64,000 nucleotides of DNA from Eledone cirrhosa (lineage: Eukaryota), in the NCBI GenBank assembly GCA_964016885.1, contig OZ024741.1, positions 374,356,001-374,420,000 of the forward strand, read 5' to 3'. This document shows, piece after piece, positions 35,441 to 49,282 of the stretch; within the stretch, counting starts at the first letter, position 1; the number at the start of each line of letters is the position of its first letter. The position numbers and the translations under genes were made by a program. A model generated the notes under the pieces. It was given only the letters and a program-made list of their open reading frames with translations. It did not search any database and was not told the origin of the DNA.

Positions 35441-38407
35441 TTCCTGTCACCACCTTCCTAGCATGGCCAGGGACATGAGCCCTACTACTGATTCCATGTT
35501 AAAATGCACCCAGCTCACCCCACCCTGTCAGGTGGTTGTGGCAATGCCGTCATAAAATGGGCTTGGAATATGCTGTGAAATGGTTGGTATTCAGTAGGAC
35601 AAGAACTTGTGAAAAATACCAGAATAGAACTTAGGAGCAAGCTGGAGTTATTTGATCTGCTTGGCCTCAAAATATGTCAACTAAACTGTCTGAATGTTTA
35701 TCTAAAACCTATCATAATTTTATGTAAGAACATTTGTCAAGTTATATTACTAAATCCTTCTAACTAGACATGGTAAAAATGAACGAACAGACTATAGGAT
35801 TTCTTGGTAGATAAGTAACCAAAGTAGAATGTGTTTATTCTATTTAACTCTTAACATCCTGTACTGCATGAAACCATATTAGCACAACGTTCTTGTAAAG
35901 CACAAAACAGCACTATGGTTGCATCACATTTGAATTTTATATCTTTACTTTAGTTCATTCTGAAAATAAATATCAAAATCACATAGATATTATGTGAAGT
36001 AAAGCCTTTACTGTGAAAATATGATAGTAAATATAGAGTAATGTAAATGCTAAAGAGGTCAAAACTGGTTACCGTTAAGACACTGAATATCACAATTCTG
36101 TGTTCTGTATATCTTTATTTATAAATTGTAAAGAAATAGTGAATTTAATTATGACTGCCTCTTCAATTTTATTGAAACAATATATACTAACCAAAAAAAA
36201 AAAAAGTAAAAGTAAATTTGCTTCAATCATATCTGATATCTATTTCCCTATGATATCCTGAATTGGACAAATAAGTACTTTATCTGAGCAATATGTTGCA
36301 TACATTTATTGACTGTTTAGATAAACTTTCTCTAAACAAGGAGTCAATTATTCTGTTTTAAAAGCTTTTCATTCTTTAGTTTACATGACTACTGTCAAGT
36401 CTTGCTAAGACCATGTGTATATTTTAATTTTTTAATAGTTTTAGTGAAAGCATGTGGTCTAGTGGTTATGGTGCTGGAATCGTGATTGTAAGGTCATGAG
36501 TTTGATTTTCAGATCAGGTGACGTGGCCTTCAACTGAGCATTCCACTTTCCATTGCTCCAGTTCACACAGCTGAAAAGAAATACCAGCAGCAGCTGTGAA
36601 GGATTAGTGTCCTGTCCAAGGGGAGTCTTGTACTTTCAATCAGGATAAGCTTCTGGCTTTTTAATCACTTAATGCCCAAGTAGCCGGGATAAGCTTCTGG
36701 TTTTTCAATTTCTTAATGCCCAAGAAGCTGGGATACGCTTTTGGCTTCATGCAAGCATGGAAAAATGGTCTTCAGATATATAAAATGCTCACAGAGACTG
36801 GTGAAATTGATATGGTTGGGAGTTCATTTTAAACATCTGCAGGGTGAAGATATAAATGTATGAGAAAAGAAGTTTTTTGTGGGCCTTGGTAGAGGTGGTA
36901 GTTCTGAGGAGCAGAAACTGTTCCTGAATGGATAGGAGAAGCAGAGTGAGGAGACAGCATGCCTGTGGCCTAGAGGCTGGTGAGTGTTTGTAACAGTGAC
37001 AATCAACTGAATTATCACCATTTAATAGGCTTTTTCCCTGCTAGCATGACACAGACCGAATCAGTATTCTGGTGGAGCTGCTGACCTTAAATCAGCCAGG
37101 GGCCTACATCTTCCTTGCATACATTTCTGGATGGGATTTTGAGGATTAGAATGTTTAAGGAACAAAGAAGGATCAAAACTCATAGAGTTGGACCCAATCT
37201 AATTATATGAAATTGTAGTGAACATTTAAATGTAGGGTGTGTGAAGGTTGGAAAGAAATGAAGTGAGCATGCTTCAATGGATGTGTAACATAAGAGTGCA
37301 TGAATGATAAAGTATAGTATGAGTTGGGAGAAAAATTGGGCATTAAAGGTGTCATGTTGAGAACAGGAGAAATCATCATTATCAAATTCACCACTTCATT
37401 GATATATGCAGTCCAACCTGTCAGTTGGTTGTTTTGGTTCCATGATAAAAAGCACCCAGTCCACATTGTAAATGTGGTTGGTATTAGGAAATGTATCCAG
37501 CAGTAGAAACCAAGCCAGAAACAGTTCTGTATGAGTAAGAGACAGTCATCTGATCTGACTTGTCTCACAATGGAACAACTCATCTAACCCATGCTAGCGT
37601 GGAAAAATGGACATTAAATGGTGATGATGATAATGATGATGTTTTTAACATGATTTACAGTATGTGGAACTTGGCTAAAAACATTGATATATTATTCCAA
37701 ACATGTCAAATAATAATAGTAACATCATTTTTGAAAGTTTTATTTTATTTTATTGAAAGTGAAGGACACATTAAGGCAACTTATTAAACTTAGAATATAT
37801 CTATTATCTGAGCCCATTCACTTTGTCATTTAAGCATTGGTGTTTTTTTTTTTTCTTTCTCAAGTTAAAATCTAGGTTTTATTTTTCTAAACAACTTATT
37901 GTACTTTGTCAGAATTTGACCTTCTAGATAAGAACATTTGTCACTTCTGAACTGTTAACTCTATTAACTTCATTGAGTTTGATCATTCTTTAAAACTTAT
38001 CTCATAACTACAGCTATAACAACATGGTCTGATACGAGAATGAAGCTTTGAGTTTTCTGTGCTTTTATCACAATGGCATCACCTTGTTTTCAATTAGAGC
38101 AGATTTCTAGTAAGAATAGATTTCTATTTGTTTATATTGCTATATTCATTCATCTGTTGCATACTTTAGCAAGTAAAATGTCTAAATTTATATTTGTAAT
38201 CTTGGCATATTTTTGCCCATAAAATATTTATAATCTTATCTAACATTACATATTTTCTCCTACATTCTATTGTTCAAATTTTTTCTTGTGATTTTTTTTT
38301 TTTTCATATAAATCAATTTTAGAAAATTTCATGTTTTTTTTTTACTAACTTTATTTATATTTTCATGGATATTTTTAAAATGTTCGTTACTTTCCTTTTT
38401 TCTCCAG

Positions 38408-38503
38408 AAGAGAATCCTTACAATCACATAATCCGCATAGCTGAAGTAAATGACAAGAAGTATAATTATTTCAGTCTTCCAGAACTGAATGATGTTAGAT
38501 ACG
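38408..38503 (+). CDS. ACO1: ACO1/IRP1 exon 2
   Basis: ttttttctccAG acceptor; (E)ENPYNHIIRIAEVNDKKYNYFSLPELNDVRY matches the aconitase-1 N-terminus (NPF...DxRY); donor G|GTATGA. Confidence 0.9.
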
Positions 38504-40691
38504 GTATGAACTTTTAAAAATTGTGTATTGTTTGTTGAACATTTTAATATTTGAAAATATTTGTTTTTACCTTGTTAATATATAATATAAAGAATACTAG
38601 ATTTACATATAAACTTCTTGAATAAATATTTCCTTCTTGTTTTATGACTATATTGATCCTTTTCATACCAAACTACCTGAAACCATCCCTAGTTCTACAA
38701 TGTAAAACTTTGTTTTAAAGTCTTTATATTTATCTAAAAAACTTCCATCTTAATTTTATGTAAGTACCTTTGCTATGGTCCAAACACCAGCTTAATCTCT
38801 TTATAAAACACAAATTATCAATGAAAATAATTCAACCTTTTTGATACTAAACTCCTTGTTCTACAATACAAAACTGCTTGTTTTAAAGTTATTGTCATCT
38901 AAAATCCTTCCAGCAAAATTTTATGTAAGAGCCTTTGTTGTGAAATAAAGCCACCAATTTTAAAGGTTTCTAATTTAAATTAAAATCTTCAAACATATTT
39001 AAGAACCTTACATTAATAATTTTAATAAATACCTCAAAATTCTTCATTAATTGAAGCAAGGTGTATTTCATTAGAAATGCAGTCATGAAAAAGTTAAGTT
39101 ATTTGAAACATAACTTAAGAAAAATTTCTTGCATAAAAATTATGAGTTATGGTTCGAATTTAAATATGAACACTTTAAAATAAACCGCTTCTTATCAGAG
39201 GACCAGGGGCAATTTTAGGTGGGTTGGTATGAAAAAGGTTAATGTCAAATTTGTAATTATTAAATACCAAAATAGAGTTGTATGCCCCTTTATAAAGCAG
39301 AATCACATTTGATTTGGTTTAAGATTTTCTAAGTTCATATTATATTAACATATTTCATATGTCATATATCAAGTGGTTGGGTCAAATCACTTATGTTCTT
39401 GGCTTCTATTTTTTCTGCTTAGCAATAAAATAATTTGTTCTTTTAATCTTTTTGATACCTACCAGTCCCCAAAACTGCCTCTGGTTCTATGAAAAAAACC
39501 CATGATAGCCTCCTTAATGTTGATGATTTACACAATAAATGTAACCTGTACATTCTGTAAAGTGATTAATGATAAGGAGAGCTTCCAGCCATAGAAAACT
39601 TGCCTAACAAAGGGTCGAGAGGACTCTTTAGCTATGTCAAAGACAAGGCAACTTCTCTAGTGCTGGTGCCTTGATAAAATGTACTCAGTAGAGCATGGGA
39701 TCATATGTTGCCAAGTTGCGGGCTGCCAGCACATCTGAACACCCAGAAGTGTATGGGAATGCATGTGAGCTGCAGGCTTCTGGCCCATCTAAGAAGTCAA
39801 TAGCTTCGCTTCAGTATAGACTTGGTTTGTTGATGAACTGTCCAATCCCTGCTACCAGGGAAAGATGTTAAATGATGATGACATGCCAATGAAGGAGCCT
39901 ACTCTCAGCTATTTGATGTGCTACAAATAGCAGCTTTAAAAAAAACAAGGAGTTGTTTGTCAGATGTGACCAAGGAAACCATGTTTCTATTAATCTTTCC
40001 ACTGCTGATACTATCTGCCGATCACAACATGTAACAAAAGAAACACTACTTGTCCGGTGAGAGGATTTAAACTCCAAATGCAAAGAGCTAGAACTGATTC
40101 TGCAAAACATCTCATCCAACTCTTTAACAATTTAATCTACTACAACTGGACTGGTACTTTATGTATCCCGAAAGGATGAATAACTAAGTTAACCACAGCA
40201 GGATTTGAACTCAGAGAACTGGAACAAATCCCAAATCATAATCCAACGTTCTAACAAATTTGTCACTTACCACCTTATGATAGCAGACATATATCCTTCA
40301 AATCTCACTATACTATCTTAAAACTTGTTTATAACAATGTTTCTAATTAAATACAATATTTAATACATACTCAGACATACATTCCCACAAACACACACAT
40401 ACACAGCATAACAAATGGAACGCCAGCAGCTATTTTGCTATCGTTTTTTCACCACCCCCTTCCTTCCTTTTACACACATACATTCATGCAAGCAGCAGAC
40501 ATTAAAGACAGAGGAGTAGTATGAGGTAGTCAAACTACTCCTCTCTCTTTACAGGTTGTGACAGAATTGCAGAAATTTATATATAGCTGTATTTATTTAA
40601 ATATATATGATGATGATGATATGTACTCATTTTACAGTGGTGTATCTAGACATGTCAGTTTGATATATTTAATGTTTTTTACTTCTTTCAG

Positions 40692-40860
40692 AAAAATTGC
40701 CTTTTTCTATCAGAATTTTGTTGGAATCATGTGTGAGAAACTGTGACTATTTTCACATTCATCCTAAAGATGTTGAGAATATCTTGAATTGGGAGGTGAA
40801 TCAAAATGAGACTATTGAAATACCATTTAAACCAGCCAGAGTTTTACTGCAGGACTTTAC
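40692..40860 (+). CDS. ACO1: ACO1/IRP1 exon 3
   Basis: (E)[18 protein letters not shown]...ENILNW...[15 protein letters not shown]; canonical CAG / GTAAGA. Confidence 0.97.
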
Positions 40861-42064
40861 GTAAGATTTTACCATTATTTTCTATTGTCATTTTAACATT
40901 TTAGCATTCTAGTTTTAGCACACTTCAATGTATCTATCATATACTAAATGTTGGTGTCTTGTGAATGCATTTGGAAAACAAAACTTTAGGTAGCTTGTTG
41001 TGTGTGTAGTTTGTATGAAGCATTGTAGGATATGTAATAAATAATAAGTCTTTACCATGAAATATAATTTGTTTTGTCATCCTTTTTACTCCAGTTCCAT
41101 CATATTTCTATCCACATTGTATCGGTTTTCCCAACAATCTCTCTATTACATATTACATATATATGTATACTCATATAAAGGTGCCCAACCTTTTATTTTT
41201 TGCCCCCAATTTGGATTATGTAAATGTTGACCATCGTTCTTCATGGACAATAGATCAATATTTATGAATTAAGGTATTATCCTGAATATAAATGTAATGA
41301 TGAGAAAATTAATTTTACTATGCTTATAATGTCCTTATGTACACAAATGGAAATATTTATAAGAACTGTAGCGAAATCAACACTCAGTAAAATTTTCTTT
41401 GTAACAACCCAAACCAAACAAAGCCTTGACGACACATAAGGCTTTATAAAACTGAACTCTAGGGCTGTCTCACTCTCTCATTGTCATCCAAGCTGACCTG
41501 TAAGTAGTTTTGGTTAACAGGCCAACTTCAAGCCAGGCATGTTAATCACAGCAGCTGTTGGTAAATCTACAATTTAAAATTCCTGCATTCTTCTCTTTCA
41601 CAATTCCAAACATTTAGGCACACCATAATCAAATACCCTTTTTCAGAAGAAAATATTTTGTTATCTCAAACTATTCCTGTTGTGTTCTATTTCATCCCAT
41701 AATTTTGTATTTCATGTCCTGAAATAAAAACATAAAAAATTAGTGGTTTTGTTCATGTGCAACCTTATACCAATGTGTTTGGGGAAATTGCCATCCTGAC
41801 GTCAACATCACATCAACATCAACCAAATAACTTCTCACAAATAAACTAATATTAAAATTCCCTCACTGAAGAGCTATAAGCTATACATCTTTGAGTTTTG
41901 ATCACTGCAAGTTATTGTAAATCATTTAGAGCCCATTTGGGCTTCTACTTATGTAGAGGGTATTTTGGATTGTGGTGTGGATTGTATGTGTGGTTTTCAA
42001 TCCTTGTAATAAATGCTATTCCATAATTTTAAACTAAAAAAAAAATAGTCTAAAAATTTCGAAT

Positions 42065-42099
<35 letters not shown>

Positions 42100-42603
42100 A
42101 ATATATATATACAATTGAATATATGATAGGGATAAACACTGATACAAGTATACATGTGTTCGCATTGCAAATGACCAAGTTAGCTAGATTGAAAAATACT
42201 AATTAAAATAATACGGTTTGTCTGTCTCGATTTAAAATAATAAATCAATAAAAACAAACCTATATTGGCAATAGCCGTGATACCCGGACAAATTTTTTAT
42301 TTGTTTCGCAACAATTAAGTGAAAGTTACTATTCCTGTGCTCTTCTGCGGGTATCCAGAAATTGGTAAGTTTCACTTCAAAATACTTAAGAAGACTGAGA
42401 GAAATGTGTTTTTGAACGCATAAATATTCCTTTCTTTGAACTATTTAATTGTAAAAGACTATTTTGAGTTTATAACTCTATATATTATATATATTATATA
42501 TATATATACACACACACACCTCTCTCTAAATATATATATGCAGGATATCCGTGAATAAAAAGTCGGGGAAAACAATGCTCAATCTATTGTAAGAGACCTT
42601 ATT

Positions 42604-42776
42604 TAGTATAATTAAAATTTCATACACTTAACATGTATGCATGACCTTAGGTTTTGGGGTCCAGTTATGGCCACCACTGTATAGTGGAGGAGCTGTTCCA
42701 ATACTTTAATGAGTATTAGACCCCAAAACCTAAGGTCACAAATACATGTTAAATGTATATAATTTTAATTATACTA
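42604..42776. repeat. Inverted repeat, arms 42604-42661 and 42719-42776
   Basis: TAGTATAATTAAAATT...TGACCTTAGGTTTTGGGGTC / GACCCCAAAACCTAAGGTCA...AATTTTAATTATACTA. Confidence 0.9.
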
Positions 42777-42814
42777 TATATATATATATATATATAAATA
42801 ATTTTTTTTTCTAG

Positions 42815-42952
42815 TGGTGTCCCTGCTGTTGTTGACTTTGCAGCTATGAGAGATGTTGTCAAACGTCTTGGTGGTGATCCATCTAAAATAAACCCTGTTT
42901 GTCCTGCTGATCTTGTCATTGATCATTCAGTGCAAGTGGATGTTTCAAGAAG
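42815..42952 (+). CDS. ACO1: ACO1/IRP1 exon 4
   Basis: [45 protein letters not shown]; canonical TAG / GTAAGA. Confidence 0.97.
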
Positions 42953-45900
42953 GTAAGATATCGATGGTAATTTTTTTACCAATATGATTACAAATAATTT
43001 AATGTTTTAACGTTAAATCATCAAACTCTTTTTGGTAATTCTCTTATATGAACTGTTTTTTTTTTTTATCTCAAGGTAAGGTGGGGAATTGGCAGATTTG
43101 TTAGAACAAAGGATAGAGTGGTTTACAGTAGTCGTTCCGGCTCTCTGCTCTCTGAGTTCAAATTCTGCTAAGGTCAACTTTGCCTTTCATCCTTTCGAAG
43201 TTGATAAAAAAAGTACCAGTGAAGTACTGGGGTCGATTCTTCCTCTATATCTTTCTCACTTCCCTTCTCTATCCTACTCTGGAAGAAATCAGCCAGCTGT
43301 ATTCAGACCTGGACAGGGATGGGCTCTGCCAGGTTTATTAAAAATGCCCTAGAAATGCCATATGTCAATATGGCGTCCCTACAACTTCAGTAGTTACAGA
43401 GCCATGCATGCATCTCAAAGTATCCTTTTTATTTAAACCTTTCTGTTGCACCAATGCATTTTGTATTTCCTATTGCATTAGCATTTTATTAGCATTTTAT
43501 ATAAGTATAACTCTGTGTGAACGTATGCAAGATATTATGCATTTCAAATTGAGAACAACCAGTAATGTCTAAATAAATTAGCTTTGAATAGTTTTCATTT
43601 TATATAACTTCTTTTGTTCTTCTCTCATTGATAGTTTATTTATTAGAATTGTTTTAAAGACTTGGTTATTATTGTTGTTTTCATTGCTTGGACTTCAGGT
43701 CTGCTTTAATCAAGCAGTCGTCAGCTATATTTTCTTAGTTATGCTACCCTCTCTTCTTTCTTTCATTCTTTCCTAAAAGATTTTGAAGACTGTTTATCTG
43801 TCTCTTTTCTTTAAGAAGACACAAAGCTTATTCTGATTTAATGATAACTGAAAAAAAAAATCTTAATCACCTCAAAGAAAAGAATACCACACGGTTCTTT
43901 TCATTTGAACAACACCCAATTTTCTATAAGGTAGTGAATTGGCTGAGTCATTAGAGCACTGGATTACAAATGCTCTCCTGTTTGTTCTGGCTCACTGCAA
44001 TTAAAGTTCAAATCTTGCCAAGCTAAATTTATACTTCATCCTTTCAAAGGTCAATAAATAATGTAAAGTCAAGTACCGGGGGTCACCCCCCCCCCCCCCA
44101 CTCTCCCCACCCCCTCCACTCTTCCCCTCTTTAGAAGAAATCAACTGTGTTACACCCTGGAAAGAGTCAGGCTCCACCAGGTTTTAAATGTTCAAGATAC
44201 ACTGTATGTGAAGACATTGCTCCTACAACTCATCAAGATTTTAGGGCACTTTACATTACCTACCAATATTCTATTGAACTTTAGGGTTTAAGAGTTTTCT
44301 AATTAGGGTTAGTGTTAGAAGCTTGAACTGATGTCCAGAATTTAAAATCTTTCGTTTCATATAATTTAGCTAAGGTATGTATAGTTTCTATACAGGGAAT
44401 TGTAAATTTACAATCATTCATTGTGTTGAATATATTTCAAAGGAATTCCTTAAATAGATTAAGTTAAGTGAAAAGTACAATAGGCTATTATGTTTTAAAG
44501 ATCACTAATATCATAGAAGAAGAGAAGAACTTCATAGCCACATGTTATGTTGTGAACTTTAACACTGAACATCTTGTGATGAATTAATGGAAAATATCTA
44601 GCTTTACAAGCAGATCACTGTGAAAGTTTGTAATATTAAATACTTTAATTTTTAATGAGATGCAGTCATAGTGCTCTTTTGTACTTTCCAAGAATATTTT
44701 TCCACTACAATTTCATGGTGTACAGTTCATTAAGAGTTAAAAAGGCACACAGTTCATCATCATCATCATCGTCCATTTTCCACACTAGCATGGATTAGAC
44801 AGGTTGTCTCATTTGAGGCAAGTAAAGGTCAGGTGACCGTGTCTTACTCATATAGAACTGTTACTGGCTAGGTTTCTATGACTGGATGCCCTTTTTAACG
44901 CCAACCAAATTTGCAGTGTGTGCTGGGTGCTTTTTGTCGTGAAACCTACATGACGACCTTGCAATGTGGGTTGGATATGTTTTGTTCACTGTGTAAGGGT
45001 GGTGTGGGCAGGAGTGGGTAGGTGGGGGTGTAGTAGTTAAGAGTTGCCTACTAGATGTATGTTTGAGTCTATACACATAGGAAGGCATGACTTCTGTTTT
45101 TGCTTTTGTCCTGTTGACTGACAAAATAGATTTCACTTGAACTTCACTGTTGTTAGTGATAAGATAACTTTCTGATTTAAGAACAACAAACAAATATTCA
45201 GAAACTGAAATGATATGACTGGGTTGAGTTCATGAATTTTTCATCAGATGAGGTCTAATGTTCTATGGCAAGGTTTGTAACTCTACATGCTCCCAGGTTA
45301 ACTGGACTAGTTAAACCTTAACTGTAGAAGCATTTGCTTGAAATATTCACCTATTCACATTTTCATTCTTTCATTAATTTAAAATTGTTCTCCATATCAA
45401 CTAACTTATAAAATTTATCAAAAGGAATGGGTGTAAATTGTTTTTATCTTTACATTTTTGCCTTCTGTCAAATATTTATCAGTGTTATCAGATAGAAATT
45501 ATTTAAAGAGAATGTATGTACACACACTAGTGATGAATATGAGATATGTCAATTTACATACTTTTTTGATAGTCGTAGGGGTATTGTAATGACATGGTCA
45601 TTTTTTAAACTTTTGGAGCCCATCCCTCTCCAGGTCTGAATACAGCTGATTTCTTCCATAGAAGAAGAGAAAGAAAATAAGAAAGATATAGAGGAAGAAT
45701 CGACCCTAGTATTGGATGGATTGGTACATTTTTTATCAACCTCAAAAGGATGAAAGGCAAAGTTGACTTCAGAAGGATTTGAACTCAGAAAGCCAAAAGA
45801 TCTACAGCAAAGTATTCTAGCCAACATTCTAATGACTGCCAGTTCACTGTACTTTATAATTTACTACAAAGGGTTAAACTAAAACTGCACAAGGATTCTT

Positions 45901-47305
45901 CTCACATCATCATCATCGTTTAATGTCCATTTTTCATGCTTGCATAGGTTAGACTGGTTGCCACATTATTAGACAAGTTAGGTTAGGTGAGCATGTCATG
46001 GTTATATGGATCTGTATTTTGGCTTAGTTTCTATGGCTGGATGCCCTTCCTAACATCAACTATATTACATTGTGGACTGGGTGCATTTTATCATGTCATC
46101 AGCACAATCACCTTACAGAGTGGACTGGGGCGTTTGTCATGGCAACAGCACTACCTTACAAGCTATATATATATATATATCATCATCATTTTTTACATTG
46201 ACTTCTATGCTGGCATGGGTTGGATGGGACATGAGGCAATGTTTTACAGCCAGATGCCCTACCTGTCACTAACCTTTTTAGTCCTTTACAAGATACTTGA
46301 ATGGAAATACTAAGGTCTCTATGTATATATTGACACATTTCTTCTTTTGAGAAGGACATCTCCCACCTGAAACATAGATTTTCACATCACCTCTTTAACA
46401 TAAATCTTTGTAGTATTTACTGAAATACTGATTGACTTCTAACAGAGACAGCTGAAAGAATTACTGCAACTAATCCATCCAGTTAATTACAGCCATTGAT
46501 GGGATCATTAATATTTTATTTCATTCCAGAACCTCATTTGTTACCACATTAATTAAAATATATTTGAGGATTATTCATTCCACAACTTCAATCAATACTA
46601 ATCAAAGCATTCCTTTAACCCTTTTGATACAAACCTGCCTGGAATTGCTCATACTTACATTAGAACCTCCTCCTCCTCCTGGGAGAGTCGTGCGGGCAGA
46701 GTACTCAAACCCACCTTTCAGAAAGTCCAGTCAGAAGCAACCATCTCCAATTGATCCGGCTGGATCCCCAAGTGAGACAAACTGAGCTCATGGATGTTAT
46801 CCATTTTTCCTGCTCGAGATCTACCTCTGGGTTTCTTGCCGGTTGCTTTTGCCTGTAAAATTTGTTTGGCGATTCTTTGCCGAAACATTCTAACGACATA
46901 CCCATAGCATCACAAACTTTTTATAACTGGATGCCCAACCATTTTACAGAATGCACTTGGTGCTTTTATTGTGTTGATTGATCACCCAACACAAAGAAGG
47001 TTGTCATATCCTTGACATAACTGGAGGGTCCGCCCAACCCTTTGTTTGGCAAGTTTTCTATGACTGGATGCCTTTCCTATCACTTTTATTTTATTTTTTT
47101 AGAAATATGGTAATGAAAGGGTTAAGGTATCTACAATAATACACCTGCATGAATTTGCATGAGTAAGCTCTGGCGATGTTTCTTTTAGTTTTTGATTCAT
47201 TATTTTTATATGGAAATCATTCATTGATTTTATTTTATTTGTTACCAAATTAATGGGGGGGGGGACCTTTCATTTCTACAGATGGACTGTATAATGAACG
47301 ACTCT

Positions 47306-47522
47306 TTAACCCTTTAGCATTTACATTATTCTATATATACTATTGTATTTTCAAGGTAAATGTTTTATCTTACATTATTATCTCATCATATCGAATCTAT
47401 GAGATTTTGATATTATTTATTTTGAGAACAATACCTTAACATAGGTATGAGCAGCCGGTTTTAACAGAAAGAGGTGAGAGAATTCTGGCCGGATACAACC
47501 GGTTTAAATGCTAAAGGGTTAA
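47306..47522. mobile_element. piggyBac MITE family A (reverse orientation)
   Basis: TTAA TSDs and TIRs; internal sequence is the reverse complement of the other copies. Confidence 0.9.
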
Positions 47523-49282
47523 ATCATTTTAGCATTATTTGGATTTTAATAACAGCAATTTAGTCTGATACATCTTGTGAATTTTTGATAACACTATATT
47601 ATTTTCCTCTGTTTAGCAGGTGTGTTTTGTAAATCTGACGGTCATGCTTCAATTCAGTGTGCTGTGTCATCCTAATTGTCCAGTCAAACTATTCCCACCA
47701 TCTTTTCATCTCCTTAAACCTTAACAGTAGAATTATCTACATCTTTGTGCTTAAACTAGATATTTTTTCATTTCTAGAATACATCAAATAAAGAATAACA
47801 ACTTCAGGTTTCTTTAGACATTTTAAACAACAATAACAATCATGAGATAAATTCCACTACTTCTGACATGACCAAAACCAAACAGAAAGCAGTGGAGCTC
47901 AACTAGGGAGTGGTTCCACCATCAGGGGTGAAAAGGCCCTGGATTGGATTGGATATATATATATAGAGAGAGAGAGATGTGTGTGTGTAGATAAATATTT
48001 ATATCATTTTTGTTATTCCATGCTTTCATGGGTTGGTTGGACAGGTCCTTCTTAGTACAGCTTCTGTAATTGCTGCCTTCCTTTGTCATCTCCTTCATGA
48101 GCTTCAGCTATCTGTGATCAGCTCTCACCATCCAGGTCTGTCTTAGTCTTTCTCTACTATGTGTGTGTGTTTGTATATATATATATTTATAGAAAATATG
48201 AAATGAGGTTATAATTCAAAGCAGTTTAAAAACATATTTGTTTCAACTATTGTTCATAATTCTGGTTTTATCAATAGAAGTTAAAATTCTATCCTGATTA
48301 CATTGAATATTATTTTTAAAATTACATTCATGAAGTGATTATTAGTTTCCTCAGATCATTCTTCAGTGGATAGCTGATAGACCGGCAATGTGTTCTAATG
48401 CTCAAGTTTCATTTGATAGTCAAAAATTAAAACATCATCACTATGATCATGGGCATCAAGCTTGCTTGAATTTGCAACACCCTATTCCTCCACTCATCTT
48501 GATCTTCTATAGCATATGAAGTTGATTTCAGTGACATACAATGTTGTCTTTGAACTAATCAACTTATTTTTTTGTGGTGCAACCAATACGATTTTAGTCA
48601 TGGTAAGGTTTACAAACTACAGTGTCATTAGCCTGCTCCCTTTTATTTCTCTACCAATGTTCACCAAATGGAACTTTCCTTTCTCTAATGATGTCTGATA
48701 TTTTAGATAGCTTATCATTTCATCCTTTCTTTAGAGGGTTGTTCTCTCAAGGAGACATTCCAAAAGAATTCAATTTCTATTTGACGACCTACACATGTTT
48801 CAAGTCATGAAAATATTTCATTTTCTATAAAAGCATTACCCCTTTCCCCAGAGCTGTGAGGGCTCTATAGTTGAGTCTATGACCAACAACCTCTCTAGTG
48901 ATGGTGCCATGAAAATGCATCTGGTACACTCCTTAAGTGTGGTTGGCAACAGGAAGAGCACCCCACTGTAAAAACTATGCCTAAAAGGGTTGAGAGGACC
49001 CTTTAGTTTTGTCAGACGCAACAACTGCTCTAGTGTTGGTGATCTACATAATAAACGCACGCAGTTTCCTTTTTTTTTTTTTTTTTTTTTAATGACCATG
49101 CTGTAAAATGGAGGGGTAGAGAGGGCCCTTGAGTCTAGTAAGACATCCTCTCTAGTGCTGGTGGCACAAATAAAAGCACCCAGTCCATGCTGTAAAGTGG
49201 CGCTGGTGTTAGGAAGGGCATCCAACCAGTGTATCAATGCCAAAAAGCTTATCAGCACAGCAACAAAACAGCATAGAAAAAT

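Noticed and set aside
47600-47640. Cassette exon in ACO1 intron 4 at gtttagcAG
   Set aside because: Both AG choices give an in-frame TAA within five codons, and no good donor was found nearby.
47645-47666. TGCTTCAATTCAGTGTG, resembling a ferritin iron-responsive element, inside ACO1
   Set aside because: The 5-bp upper stem does not pair (CAATT vs GCTGT), the C bulge is misplaced, and it is intronic. No IRE was seen in the predicted UTRs of either gene.
48335-48376. CUGAAGA...GAAA on the minus strand
   Set aside because: No stem I or stem II pairing.
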